From a virus, in IMG/VR virus record IMGVR_UViG_3300029305_004519, positions 77,541 through 135,466 of that record: a stretch of DNA of 57,926 nucleotides. The stretch is one strand, 5' to 3'. Positions 1 to 6,200 of the stretch are shown here, in pieces. The translations under genes and the position numbers were made by a program. The notes under the pieces are model-generated. The model saw only the letters and a list, made by a program, of their open reading frames with translations. It was not told where the DNA came from and did not search any database. Positions within the stretch are counted from its first letter, which is position 1. Every line of letters starts with the position of its first letter.

Positions 1-227
1 TTATAGGCAGGGGAACCGCTTTTGGAAAGCCATGATATAATGCCTATGCGAAAGCCTTTGCGTTGCAAGTTATTCAATCTCTTGGCAAGAGCTGACATAT
101 TTACAAGCGGTCGTGCCTGTTGGTATGGACGAGTGCTAAAATTTTCAAGGTCTGCAAGCCATTGCGGTTGCCCATAGAAATCGGCAATAGTGCCATCCAT
201 GTCAAAGTAAATCGTGCCTTTATTCAT
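1..227 (-). CDS. HAD-superfamily 5'(3')-deoxyribonucleotidase-like protein. The N-terminus is present and the C-terminus runs off the window edge.
   Basis: Minus-strand ATG at 227 with a GAGAGGG Shine-Dalgarno. N-terminus reads MNKGTIYFDMDGTIADFYG, a HAD motif I DxDGT of the NT5C-type nucleotidase family. Confidence 0.55.
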   Translation of the reverse strand, partial: MNKGTIYFDMDGTIADFYGQPQWLADLENFSTRPYQQARPLVNMSALAKRLNNLQRKGFRIGIISWLSKSGSPAY

Positions 228-254
228 TGGTTGTTTCCCTCTCTTTCTGTATAT

Positions 255-283
255 ATTATACCACACTTTTATGGATTTGTCAA
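255..283 (-). promoter_or_regulatory. Sigma-70-type promoter (minus strand TTGACA-17-TATAAT)
   Basis: Plus tgtcaa at 278-283 and attata at 255-260 with a 17-bp spacer. It lies upstream of the nucleotidase gene. Confidence 0.7.
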
Positions 284-286
284 GGG

Positions 287-308
287 GTTTTTGAAAAGTT
301 TTTCAAAA
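287..308. promoter_or_regulatory. Perfect AT-rich palindrome TTTTTGAAAAGTTTTTCAAAAA abutting the -35; possible operator
   Basis: Arms of 9-10 bp are self-complementary around a central G. A related GGTTTTCAAAAA sequence sits upstream of the 2432-2460 promoter. Confidence 0.35.
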
Positions 309-375
309 ATTTTTTCGAGTTGCGGTGGTCGGTCATCTTGTTAGCCGTTAACCTTTCGCCCTTGACTACATCAAT

Positions 376-404
376 ATTATATCACAAATCGCACGATTTG
401 TCAA
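376..404 (-). promoter_or_regulatory. Sigma-70-type promoter with an 8-2-8 palindrome (ACAAATCG-CA-CGATTTGT) in its spacer; candidate operator
   Basis: Plus tgtcaa at 399-404 and attata at 376-381 with a 17-bp spacer. The palindrome spans 384-401. This promoter sits ~90 bp upstream of the next promoter with no ORF over 20 codons between them. Confidence 0.6.
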
Positions 405-478
405 GCACTTTTGGGAATTTTCTTTTCGTCAAGTTGCACAAACATTTGGCGAAAAAATATGTGGAATCGTGCAATTTG

Positions 479-545
479 CACAAAAACGGCGCGCGAGGGT
501 CCTTGGCGCGCCGGCAAAAAGAAAAGGGGTGAATTACTCCACCCC
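479..545 (-). terminator. Two tandem rho-independent terminators for the operon ending at 534
   Basis: Hairpin GGGGTG-loop-CACCCC at 526-545 spans the stop codon and is followed on the minus strand by a U-run. A GC hairpin GGCGCGC-loop-GCGCGCC at 488-512 is also followed by a U-run. Confidence 0.6.
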
Positions 546-761
546 ATAGAATTTATTATAGCTTGGATGAGCTTCAATTTTTTCTGCAAGTTTATCTTGC
601 TTAATCATAGCTCTCTGCATGATTTTCTCTTGAATACTTACTGAAAAGCGAGATACCCAACAACCAAAATCGCTGATTTTTTCAAAAACTCGCGCTGACA
701 ACGGGTTCTCTAAATGGTCGTATTTTTTTTCCAATCTTTTAAATGCCTTATCTTTGTTCAT
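534..761 (-). CDS. Hypothetical small protein (75 aa)
   Basis: Part of ORF 534..776. The internal Met MNKDK is preceded by a G-rich Shine-Dalgarno. Its ATG overlaps the TGA of the upstream gene (ATGA). Confidence 0.5.
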   Translation of the reverse strand: MNKDKAFKRLEKKYDHLENPLSARVFEKISDFGCWVSRFSVSIQEKIMQRAMIKQDKLAEKIEAHPSYNKFYGVE

Positions 762-877
762 ACCAAATCCCCCCAAAATGTAATATCATCGTAATCATTT
801 AAAGTAGGCTCATCACTGCACAATTGCCCAACGATAATTAGAGCAAAGAGTATAGAGAAAAAGATTACTGCTTTCAT
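758..877 (-). CDS. Hypothetical 39-aa peptide with a hydrophobic N-terminus (MKAVIFFSILFALIIVGQLC...), signal-peptide-like
   Basis: Its start and stop are both ATGA-overlapped with the flanking genes. It is below the ORF-track size cutoff. Confidence 0.3.
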   Translation of the reverse strand: MKAVIFFSILFALIIVGQLCSDEPTLNDYDDITFWGDLV

Positions 878-1041
878 ATCTCCACCTCTTTAATAATTAT
901 CATTTTTCGTACTTGGAAATATAATTTCCAACCCAGCAATTGTCGCAAATGTCTGCGCACTCTTTTTTCATTCCAAGTGCAGAACGCTCCTTTCATGAAG
1001 CCGTTGTCTATGGAATATTCAAACTGTTTAATCTGTTTCAT
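874..1041 (-). CDS. Hypothetical small protein (55 aa)
   Basis: Part of ORF 874..1056. Start MKQIK is preceded by TGGGGGTTAAAG, a G-run. Confidence 0.45.
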   Translation of the reverse strand: MKQIKQFEYSIDNGFMKGAFCTWNEKRVRRHLRQLLGWKLYFQVRKMIIIKEVEI

Positions 1042-1049
1042 ATCTTTAA

Positions 1050-1080
1050 CCCCCAATTATCATTTGAAATAAGTTCCACA
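1050..1080. repeat. Copy A of a 31-bp direct repeat (minus sense TGTGGAACTTATTTCAAATGATAATTGGGGG)
   Basis: It duplicates 1494-1524 except for one base. Here it encodes only an 11-aa remnant ORF MWNLFQMIIGG, which is the C-terminus of the 1489-1743 protein. Confidence 0.6.
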
Positions 1081-1083
1081 TAG

Positions 1084-1179
1084 TCATTCCGATTCAATGA
1101 GCCACTTGACGGCTTCTTTGATAGAAGTTGCCGCGCCAATCGTGCCGTGGTTTTCTTCATTGATTTGAATGATTGTCAT
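1084..1179 (-). CDS. Hypothetical 31-aa ORF (MTIIQINEENHGTIGAATSIKEAVKWLIESE)
   Basis: Its ATG is ATGA-overlapped with the stop of the 1176-1484 gene. Short and speculative. Confidence 0.2.
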   Translation of the reverse strand: MTIIQINEENHGTIGAATSIKEAVKWLIESE

Positions 1180-1484
1180 TCTTCGGTCTCCTTTTCTTCT
1201 TTGTATTTTATTGTACCTTTTTCGATACAAGTTTGTATGTTTCGAGCCAAGAAATTTTCATTGAACACTCCCGTCATAAAAACCAATCCGCAAAAAATAT
1301 TATACAGAGGAATGGCGCATTGTAAAAATAGCTTAAACCATTGAAACAGGCGCTCACCGAAAGAACGACGAATAGCGGAAATAAGGTTGTGTCTTTTGGC
1401 ATAAAAGCGAACTTCAATAGTCATCAGAAGAACGCTTGCAAGGGCAAACAGAATTGTGCATACATAAATGTTTAAGATAATCAT
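1176..1484 (-). CDS. Small membrane protein (102 aa, multiple hydrophobic helices)
   Basis: Part of ORF 1176..1499. Start MIILNIYV follows a GGAGGA Shine-Dalgarno that lies within repeat copy B. Confidence 0.55.
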   Translation of the reverse strand: MIILNIYVCTILFALASVLLMTIEVRFYAKRHNLISAIRRSFGERLFQWFKLFLQCAIPLYNIFCGLVFMTGVFNENFLARNIQTCIEKGTIKYKEEKETEE

Positions 1485-1488
1485 TTTT

Positions 1489-1743
1489 TTATCCTCCAAT
1501 TATCATTTGAAATAAGTTCCACATGTTCATCACCCAAAGGGCGATATTAAGAACCACAAGATTGATTTTGTGCGCTTCCCAACAGAAAGTGGATGCGATG
1601 CTTGCGCCAATGCACCATAGAATCGTCATATTGGCGCCCATCATGCCGCCTATGACGCATATCGTGTAGATTAAGGCGGTGAGGTCGGTGGCGTCAAACT
1701 CATAGGGGCGGTCAAGGTTGAAATAGTTAGCGATTTTCTTCAT
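1489..1743 (-). CDS. Small membrane protein (84 aa)
   Basis: ORF track entry. Hydrophobic throughout. Overlaps the upstream gene by 17 nt. Confidence 0.55.
   Translation of the reverse strand: MKKIANYFNLDRPYEFDATDLTALIYTICVIGGMMGANMTILWCIGASIASTFCWEAHKINLVVLNIALWVMNMWNLFQMIIGG
1494..1524. repeat. Copy B of the 31-bp direct repeat
   Basis: It encodes the C-terminal 11 aa and stop of the 1489-1743 gene and contains the GGAGGA Shine-Dalgarno of the next gene. Confidence 0.6.
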
Positions 1744-1915
1744 ATTTTACTGCTCCATTCGGATAAGTTACAATGCGGTTTTGTTCTTTGAGTATGCGTT
1801 CTATCCTACAACCGCAACCGCATTCCCAAACCTCTGTTGAATGAGAGGTGGTAAAATGGTCAATCCATAACAATTTGGCTTGTGCGGTGCTACCGCAATT
1901 TGGACATTTAATCAT
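1727..1915 (-). CDS. Zinc-ribbon protein (62 aa; CPNCG...CGCGC)
   Basis: ORF track entry. AAGAGG Shine-Dalgarno. ATGA overlap with the upstream gene. Confidence 0.55.
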   Translation of the reverse strand: MIKCPNCGSTAQAKLLWIDHFTTSHSTEVWECGCGCRIERILKEQNRIVTYPNGAVKYEENR

Positions 1916-2073
1916 TTTACTTTTACCTCTTTGAGTTTATAAACTTGTACTTTTTCCCAATAGCGTTGATAATAATGAACGCAATTTTTCATTGTCTCTT
2001 TGGGGCAATCAATAACAATATTGCGACTGACAGAGCCGTCGATATTGCTGACGATTAAAAGCCATTTAATCAT
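1912..2073 (-). CDS. Hypothetical 53-aa protein (MIKWLLIVSNIDGS...)
   Basis: GGAGGA Shine-Dalgarno. ATGA overlaps at both ends. Below the ORF-track cutoff. Confidence 0.4.
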   Translation of the reverse strand: MIKWLLIVSNIDGSVSRNIVIDCPKETMKNCVHYYQRYWEKVQVYKLKEVKVK

Positions 2074-2327
2074 TTTCTTTTATCCTCCCTATATCCAAAA
2101 TATCTGCGACCTTGGTAGTATTCGATATTGATATGCCCCATTCGTGCAAGATTGCGAAGTGCATTTTCCATGGCACTAATAGTGACATATCCCTCTCCAT
2201 CTTCATCGTGAGGAACGCGAGCATAGATTTCCTCTTTATGAAGATAGTATTCCTTGTTTTCTGCGAGAATGTTCTCTACCCAATAAAACGCATCTCTCGG
2301 TCTTTCAAGATATTCTTTTCTAATCAT
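2070..2327 (-). CDS. Hypothetical protein (85 aa; MIRKEYLERPRD...)
   Basis: Part of ORF 2070..2378, using the internal Met with a GAGAGG Shine-Dalgarno. The longer ORF would overlap the tRNA-like element. Confidence 0.5.
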   Translation of the reverse strand: MIRKEYLERPRDAFYWVENILAENKEYYLHKEEIYARVPHDEDGEGYVTISAMENALRNLARMGHINIEYYQGRRYFGYREDKRK

Positions 2328-2350
2328 GGTTATTACCTCTCTTTTTTTAG

Positions 2351-2418
2351 TGGGCGTGAGGGGAATCGAACCCCTCATTTAACTTTCACTCATAGCAGAG
2401 TGTTTTTCCTGCTCGCCC
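2351..2418 (-). tRNA. tRNA-like element, possibly a tRNA gene; the cloverleaf could not be completed by eye
   Basis: The minus-strand RNA has a canonical T-arm AGGGG-UUCGAUU-CCCCU and a 7-bp acceptor stem GGGCGAG/CACGCCC with one mismatch, plus discriminator A. It is 68 nt long. A CUA triplet is present centrally, but no canonical anticodon stem could be found. It lies immediately downstream of a consensus promoter as the first element of an operon. Confidence 0.45.
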
Positions 2419-2431
2419 TTACTGCTCTTAT

Positions 2432-2460
2432 ATTATACCACATTATGTAGGTTTTGTCAA
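2432..2460 (-). promoter_or_regulatory. Consensus sigma-70-type promoter (TTGACA-17-TATAAT) driving the tRNA-like element and downstream small genes
   Basis: Plus tgtcaa at 2455-2460 and attata at 2432-2437 with an exact 17-bp spacer. Confidence 0.75.
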
Positions 2461-2607
2461 GAGGTTTTCAAAAAATATTTGCAACTATTTTTCGACAAGT
2501 GGCTTCCGTCGTCCCCTACTCGTTGTTTCTGTTCTCAACTCGCGCGTGTAGTTTCTGTTCCAAACTTTCGTCTGTGCCGTTCACACTTGGTTCCTCTTAA
2601 CATTATT
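2461..2607 (-). ncRNA. Candidate small noncoding transcript between tandem promoters
   Basis: About 145 nt lie between two consensus promoters with no ORF or Shine-Dalgarno. It contains an internal direct repeat GAACAGAAAC that occurs twice. Confidence 0.2.
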
Positions 2608-2636
2608 ATTATACCATACAATCGGGAAAATGTCAA
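2608..2636 (-). promoter_or_regulatory. Consensus sigma-70-type promoter (upstream member of a tandem pair)
   Basis: Plus tgtcaa at 2631-2636 and attata at 2608-2613 with a 17-bp spacer. The TTGCACAAA upstream element is at about 2647-2655. Confidence 0.7.
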
Positions 2637-2697
2637 GTGGTAATTTTGCACAAACTTTCAGCGGAAAAATGGCGAGAAGTGTACAGAATGCACAAAT

Positions 2698-2774
2698 CGG
2701 AACGCGGCGGCCGGCCTCGTTCCGCCGGAGTTTTGGGTAAAAAAGAAAAACCCCAGAACTTACGAAAAGCTCTG
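2698..2774 (-). terminator. Tandem hairpins terminating the 2840-3142 transcript
   Basis: Hairpin CCAGAGC-loop-GTTCTGG at about 2752-2774 is followed on the minus strand by UUUUUCUUUUUU. A GC-rich hairpin GGAACG-loop-CGTTCC sits at 2699-2724. Confidence 0.5.
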
Positions 2775-2839
2775 GAAATTTGCTGAGAGGTCTAAGTCGC
2801 GGAAAATCGGACTAGGCGCGAACGCTTTCGTCCGTCAGC

Positions 2840-3142
2840 TTAATGGCTGAAGTGTTTCAACACGTCTTGCGCATCGTACTCATTTTCGTTCTCACTCATA
2901 ATTATAATTTTATTTTCCCATTCAGCAGGAATGCTTAAAATTTTAAGTGTTTCCTTTAAGAATGAAATCATATCCGAACAATCATTTTTTTGATTGTCAG
3001 AAAGAAAGAGAAGGGCGCCCAACTCTTCACAGTAAAGCGCGTGAAGGGGATAGTCTTGCGCCGAGAGGGTTTCCCAATCAAGGGGAGTGAGTGAAGATTC
3101 AAAATGAGTGATTACAAGAGCGTGGCTGAAGTGGTACTTCAT
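2840..3142 (-). CDS. Hypothetical protein (100 aa)
   Basis: ORF track entry. GGAGG Shine-Dalgarno. Its own promoter lies upstream. Confidence 0.55.
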   Translation of the reverse strand: MKYHFSHALVITHFESSLTPLDWETLSAQDYPLHALYCEELGALLFLSDNQKNDCSDMISFLKETLKILSIPAEWENKIIIMSENENEYDAQDVLKHFSH

Positions 3143-3188
3143 ACCGCGTGACCTCCTTGTATCTCTTATTTATTTTTCTTACATATAT

Positions 3189-3217
3189 ATTATATAATAA
3201 ATTTTTTAAAAAGTCAA
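3189..3217 (-). promoter_or_regulatory. Sigma-70-type promoter (TTGACT-17-TATAAT)
   Basis: Plus agtcaa at 3212-3217 and attata at 3189-3194. Confidence 0.65.
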
Positions 3218-3220
3218 AAG

Positions 3221-3240
3221 GCGCAGATTATGCTGCGCCC
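3221..3240 (-). terminator. Rho-independent terminator after the 3244-3447 gene
   Basis: Hairpin GGCGCAG-cataat-CTGCGCC is followed by UUUU on the minus strand. Confidence 0.5.
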
Positions 3241-3243
3241 CGA

Positions 3244-3447
3244 TTATTCATTCCATCGGCAACAGTTGGGGCAATAGTATTGCGTTCCATAACGACCACC
3301 ATTTGGAATTACTTTTTCTTCGCATACTTGACAGTATCCATTATTGAAGCGCTTTTCTGTCAAATGCTCTCCAAGTAAATAGGCGCCATACCAAGATATA
3401 ACTCCTATCACAAGGATTATAACAAGAATAATCCAAGAATGTTTCAT
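3244..3447 (-). CDS. Membrane-anchored zinc-ribbon protein (67 aa; one TM helix, then CQVC...CPNCC)
   Basis: Part of ORF 3244..3531, using the internal Met MKHSWIIL with an AAAGGAAAG Shine-Dalgarno. Confidence 0.5.
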   Translation of the reverse strand: MKHSWIILVIILVIGVISWYGAYLLGEHLTEKRFNNGYCQVCEEKVIPNGGRYGTQYYCPNCCRWNE

Positions 3448-3508
3448 TTTCTTTCCTTTCTGCGCATTTCCAAATTTTTCCAGTGCGCTCTTTTTATGTA
3501 GAGGGAGA

Positions 3509-3928
3509 TTACTCTCCCTCGTCCTCGTCAATCATGCGATCCTCACATTCTTCATTGTCGCATTCATCGCAATTGAAGTCGCACTCATCATCGAGTTCAT
3601 CCTCATCATCATCGAGGAAATAGTTGGGAATGTCGGGGAACTCGCCCGCTTTGTTGGCACGGACATTGTGAACCTTGACCTTATTCGTAAGGTCAGATTT
3701 GGCAAGAGGTTCAAACACATCGATCTTGCGACGGAGAACCGAACCATCGTTGCGGAATACCGATACCTGATAGCCACCCCTGACTTTCAACACATAGGGA
3801 GAAGAAAGTCGGTCTTTTTCGCAGGTATTGAAGCGGATATTTGCATACGCATCTTGCACTGCGGTTTTGAGGTCTGCATAGTCAACTCCCGTACAGATAA
3901 GGCGGTAAACATAGTTTTTCTTTTTCAT
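3509..3928 (-). CDS. Hypothetical protein (139 aa) with an extremely acidic C-terminal tail (DDDEDELDDECDFNCDECDNEECEDRMIDEDEGE)
   Basis: ORF track entry. GAGAGGA Shine-Dalgarno. Candidate DNA-mimic or anti-restriction protein by composition. Confidence 0.6.
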   Translation of the reverse strand: MKKKNYVYRLICTGVDYADLKTAVQDAYANIRFNTCEKDRLSSPYVLKVRGGYQVSVFRNDGSVLRRKIDVFEPLAKSDLTNKVKVHNVRANKAGEFPDIPNYFLDDDEDELDDECDFNCDECDNEECEDRMIDEDEGE

Positions 3929-3964
3929 AATAAAAATCCTCTCTTTTCTTTTGATTACATATAT

Positions 3965-3993
3965 ATTATATCATAAGATATGTACTTTGTCAA
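3965..3993 (-). promoter_or_regulatory. Consensus promoter with a duplicated -35 (TTGACTATTGACA)
   Basis: Plus tgtcaa at 3988-3993 and attata at 3965-3970 with a 17-bp spacer. Confidence 0.7.
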
Positions 3994-4553
3994 TAGTCAA
4001 GTTGCACAAACTTTTGATTATTTATTTGTGCAACTTGACGATGGCGCTTGGCTATTTTGTTAATATAATGCTCTGCATAGTACTTTGCGGCTTGCGCAAT
4101 GTCATTGCAGTTTGCTGATAGTTTTGCTTTACGTATAAGTTCCTCAAACTCATGTTCGGCGCGCCATTCTTGTGCGATAATGTTCTGCTCTTGGGTTACC
4201 TGCTCCCATTTGAGAATCTCAATATCAAATCCATGGTCATTGAAATTATCGACTTTATCTTCAAGGCGGAAGCAATATTGTACCTCTTTGGACATAAGAT
4301 ATGCCCATCCAACAGTGATAGGAATCCATATTAAATCCAACCAAGTGACCGATATTGAGAGGGAAAGTATAAGTCCAACCCCATAAATTACTATCATTGC
4401 TACGAAAAGCCAGCAACTCAAATAATATTTGATACTCATGTTTAATTCTTTTTCTGTCATGGGGCGCTCATGAGTGATTTCTTTATAGTCAAACTCATTG
4501 GTTTTGGTATTGAATGTTGGGTAGTACATTGTGCGCTTTACTGTTTTAGCCAT
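3990..4553 (-). CDS. Membrane protein (187 aa; two central TM helices, C-terminal coiled-coil-like region)
   Basis: ORF track entry. GAGAGGAATA Shine-Dalgarno. Confidence 0.6.
   Translation of the reverse strand: MAKTVKRTMYYPTFNTKTNEFDYKEITHERPMTEKELNMSIKYYLSCWLFVAMIVIYGVGLILSLSISVTWLDLIWIPITVGWAYLMSKEVQYCFRLEDKVDNFNDHGFDIEILKWEQVTQEQNIIAQEWRAEHEFEELIRKAKLSANCNDIAQAAKYYAEHYINKIAKRHRQVAQINNQKFVQLDY
3996..4039. repeat. Perfect 15-bp inverted repeat GTCAAGTTGCACAAA / TTTGTGCAACTTGAC separated by 14 bp
   Basis: Its arms contain the conserved promoter-upstream element TTTGTGCAA in both orientations. It lies inside the 3' end of the 3990-4553 CDS. Confidence 0.5.
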
Positions 4554-4584
4554 TGTATATTCCTCTCTTTTCTTTGGTATCTAT

Positions 4585-4613
4585 ATTATATCATATTTAT
4601 CGGGAAAAGTCAA
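4585..4613 (-). promoter_or_regulatory. Sigma-70-type promoter (TTGACT-17-TATAAT)
   Basis: Plus agtcaa at 4608-4613 and attata at 4585-4590. It shares an extended ~45-bp homology with the 8578-8606 promoter (gtcaatgaataaaYtgtaa). Confidence 0.7.
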
Positions 4614-4668
4614 TGAATAAACTGTAAACTAAATGTAAACAAAAAATGAATGAGAGGTAGGGCTTGCG

Positions 4669-4702
4669 CATAAATCGGCTCGACGCGCCCCACGTCGAGC
4701 CG
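4669..4702 (-). terminator. Rho-independent terminator
   Basis: A 10-bp GC stem CGGCTCGACG-loop-CGTCGAGCCG is followed by AUUUAUG on the minus strand. Confidence 0.6.
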
Positions 4703-4726
4703 CTGAAAAATTGAAGGGCGAGTTTT

Positions 4727-5216
4727 CACTCACCCTTGATAGGTCTGCCGAGAATATCGTGATAATCGTAGTAGCGATACATCGACCACACTTTTTCATC
4801 TTTGACTTTGGAACCATCATACACTACAAGAGTGCCAAGGAAGATGCCACCCAGCCGCTCAATCTCTTCTTTGACAACTGCCACGGTTTTACCGCTGAAA
4901 TAGCTATCATCAATGAAAAGAAATTCGCGCCCTTGATGCGATTTTGGAATGGTTCAAGATTGATTTTAGATGGGTCATGGCGAAAACCACCCGGAACGAG
5001 CAGGTCAATTTCAATACCAAGGTTATGCATAGACAACCCAATCTCACCGCTTGCAATGGTTAGCGCATTATATGCAAGTATATGCGATTTTGCAATGAGG
5101 TCTTGCAGAATTTCATAATCAAACTTGACCGCTTTATCAAGTTCCGAAAAGAAGATTTGACCACCGATGAATTTTTCTAAAAGTTCATTTACAGTTTCAA
5201 AAATTTTATTTTTCAT
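4727..5216 (-). pseudogene. Phosphoribosyltransferase-domain gene disrupted by a -1 frameshift (or a sequencing error) near 4925-4935
   Basis: Frame A (ORF 4824..5216) encodes the N-terminal part. The -1 frame continues with a PRPP-binding motif FLFIDDSYFSGKTVAVVKEEIERLGG...PIKGE and stops at about 4727. The join lies within aatttcttttcattg. Confidence 0.5.
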
Positions 5217-5220
5217 TTCG

Positions 5221-5559
5221 TTATACCCCCAAACTGATTGCTATTGCTTTATCAACTTCCCACATTTGTTTACTATTTGCGATGCCGACAAAGGTTTTTA
5301 GTCTGCGCTTGTCAAGGGTTCGCATTTGCTCACATTCGACCATGCTCTCCTTGCATAAACCGCAAGAGGTATCGAGTAATACCTGTGTTGGCAGACGGAA
5401 TTTATGCGTGCGACTGGTGATGGCCGCCGCAATGACGATAGGCGCGCGTCTGTTGCCTATATCATTAGATACAATCAACACTGGGCGCAAACCGCCTTGC
5501 TCACTGCCGACTACTGGTGAAAGGTCTGCGTAATAAATTTGTCCTCTTTTGATTTCCAT
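5221..5559 (-). CDS. mazF: MazF/PemK/EndoA-family toxin endoribonuclease (112 aa)
   Basis: RGQIYYADLSPVVGSEQGGLRPVLIVSNDIGNRRAPIVIAAAITS...ECEQMRTLDKRRL closely parallels Bacillus EndoA/NdoA and E. coli MazF motifs. AAGGGGG Shine-Dalgarno. Confidence 0.85.
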   Translation of the reverse strand: MEIKRGQIYYADLSPVVGSEQGGLRPVLIVSNDIGNRRAPIVIAAAITSRTHKFRLPTQVLLDTSCGLCKESMVECEQMRTLDKRRLKTFVGIANSKQMWEVDKAIAISLGV

Positions 5560-5572
5560 ATGTACCCCCTTG

Positions 5573-5594
5573 GGTAGAGCCTTACGGCTCTACC
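5573..5594 (-). other. Perfect 9-bp intercistronic hairpin (GGTAGAGCC-ttac-GGCTCTACC) with the upstream gene's stop codon in its loop
   Basis: It lies between the 69-aa gene and the mazF ribosome-binding site. No U-run follows, so it is probably not a terminator. Confidence 0.5.
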
Positions 5595-5791
5595 TCTATA
5601 ACCTCAATGCTTTGTTTTACTACGAACTCCCCGCAAATTTCGCCCGTAAAATTGTTGACGATAATAACATTGGTTTCTTTGTTGATTGCCATGCCATTAG
5701 CAAAATACTTTGCATGGTTAAGGTCATCAAAATCCGCAATGTGCTTGCATTCGCAATACACTCCATAGTCGAGAATGTCAAATCTAATCAT
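5582..5791 (-). CDS. Hypothetical 69-aa protein upstream of mazF (candidate non-canonical antitoxin)
   Basis: ORF track entry. AAAGGAAAGG Shine-Dalgarno. It has no recognisable MazE/AbrB or RHH signature. Confidence 0.5.
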   Translation of the reverse strand: MIRFDILDYGVYCECKHIADFDDLNHAKYFANGMAINKETNVIIVNNFTGEICGEFVVKQSIEVIEVEP

Positions 5792-5827
5792 AAGTTTATA
5801 CCTTTCCTTTCTTTTGTTTACATATAT

Positions 5828-5856
5828 ATTATATCATATTGATTGCCGTTTGTCAA
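5828..5856 (-). promoter_or_regulatory. Consensus promoter (TTGACA-17-TATAAT) with the upstream TTGACTATTGACA / TTTGTGCAA element
   Basis: Plus tgtcaa at 5851-5856 and attata at 5828-5833. Confidence 0.7.
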
Positions 5857-5888
5857 TAGTCAATTTGCACAAAGTTTTTGGGTGGGAC

Positions 5889-6200
5889 TTATGCACAATA
5901 CACAAGCCCCATATCGCGCCAGCGGAGAACAGAGATTTGATTACAAGCGCGCCCAACTTCAAGGGCTTCATGCTTTGTTGCTACTCTATGCGATAAGTCG
6001 ATATAGTAGATGCCAGCGCTGAACCAAATACCGCAGTTACCGCCATATGCCTTGACCGCGTTAATGGCTTCGCGGGGGTCGGTGGTTTCAATGCCCTCTG
6101 TTGCGACTTGATACCCAGACTTGTAAATGATGCGCTTACCGCCTTTAAGGGTCATTCCGTCATTATCTTTCAGATTGCGAATGGAGCGAATGTTGATCAT
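5889..6200 (-). CDS. Hypothetical protein (103 aa)
   Basis: ORF track entry. AAAGGAAAGG Shine-Dalgarno. Confidence 0.55.
   Translation of the reverse strand: MINIRSIRNLKDNDGMTLKGGKRIIYKSGYQVATEGIETTDPREAINAVKAYGGNCGIWFSAGIYYIDLSHRVATKHEALEVGRACNQISVLRWRDMGLVYCA

Noticed and set aside
2351-2418. Confident assignment as tRNA-Sup(CUA)
   Set aside because: Only the T-arm and acceptor stem fold canonically. I could not place CUA in a proper 7-nt anticodon loop by eye, so I call it a tRNA-like element pending a covariance-model check.
2112-2450. Plus-strand 112-aa ORF
   Set aside because: It is antisense to the 85-aa gene and the tRNA-like element. No ribosome-binding site.
3996-4039. Rho-independent terminator formed by the 15-bp inverted repeat
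   Set aside because: It lies inside the coding 3' end of the 3990-4553 gene and is not followed by a U-run on the transcribed strand. More likely a regulator site or a recombination footprint of the promoter-upstream element.
4629-4820. 63-aa minus-strand ORF
   Set aside because: It overlaps the terminator hairpin and the 3' end of the PRTase gene. No ribosome-binding site.
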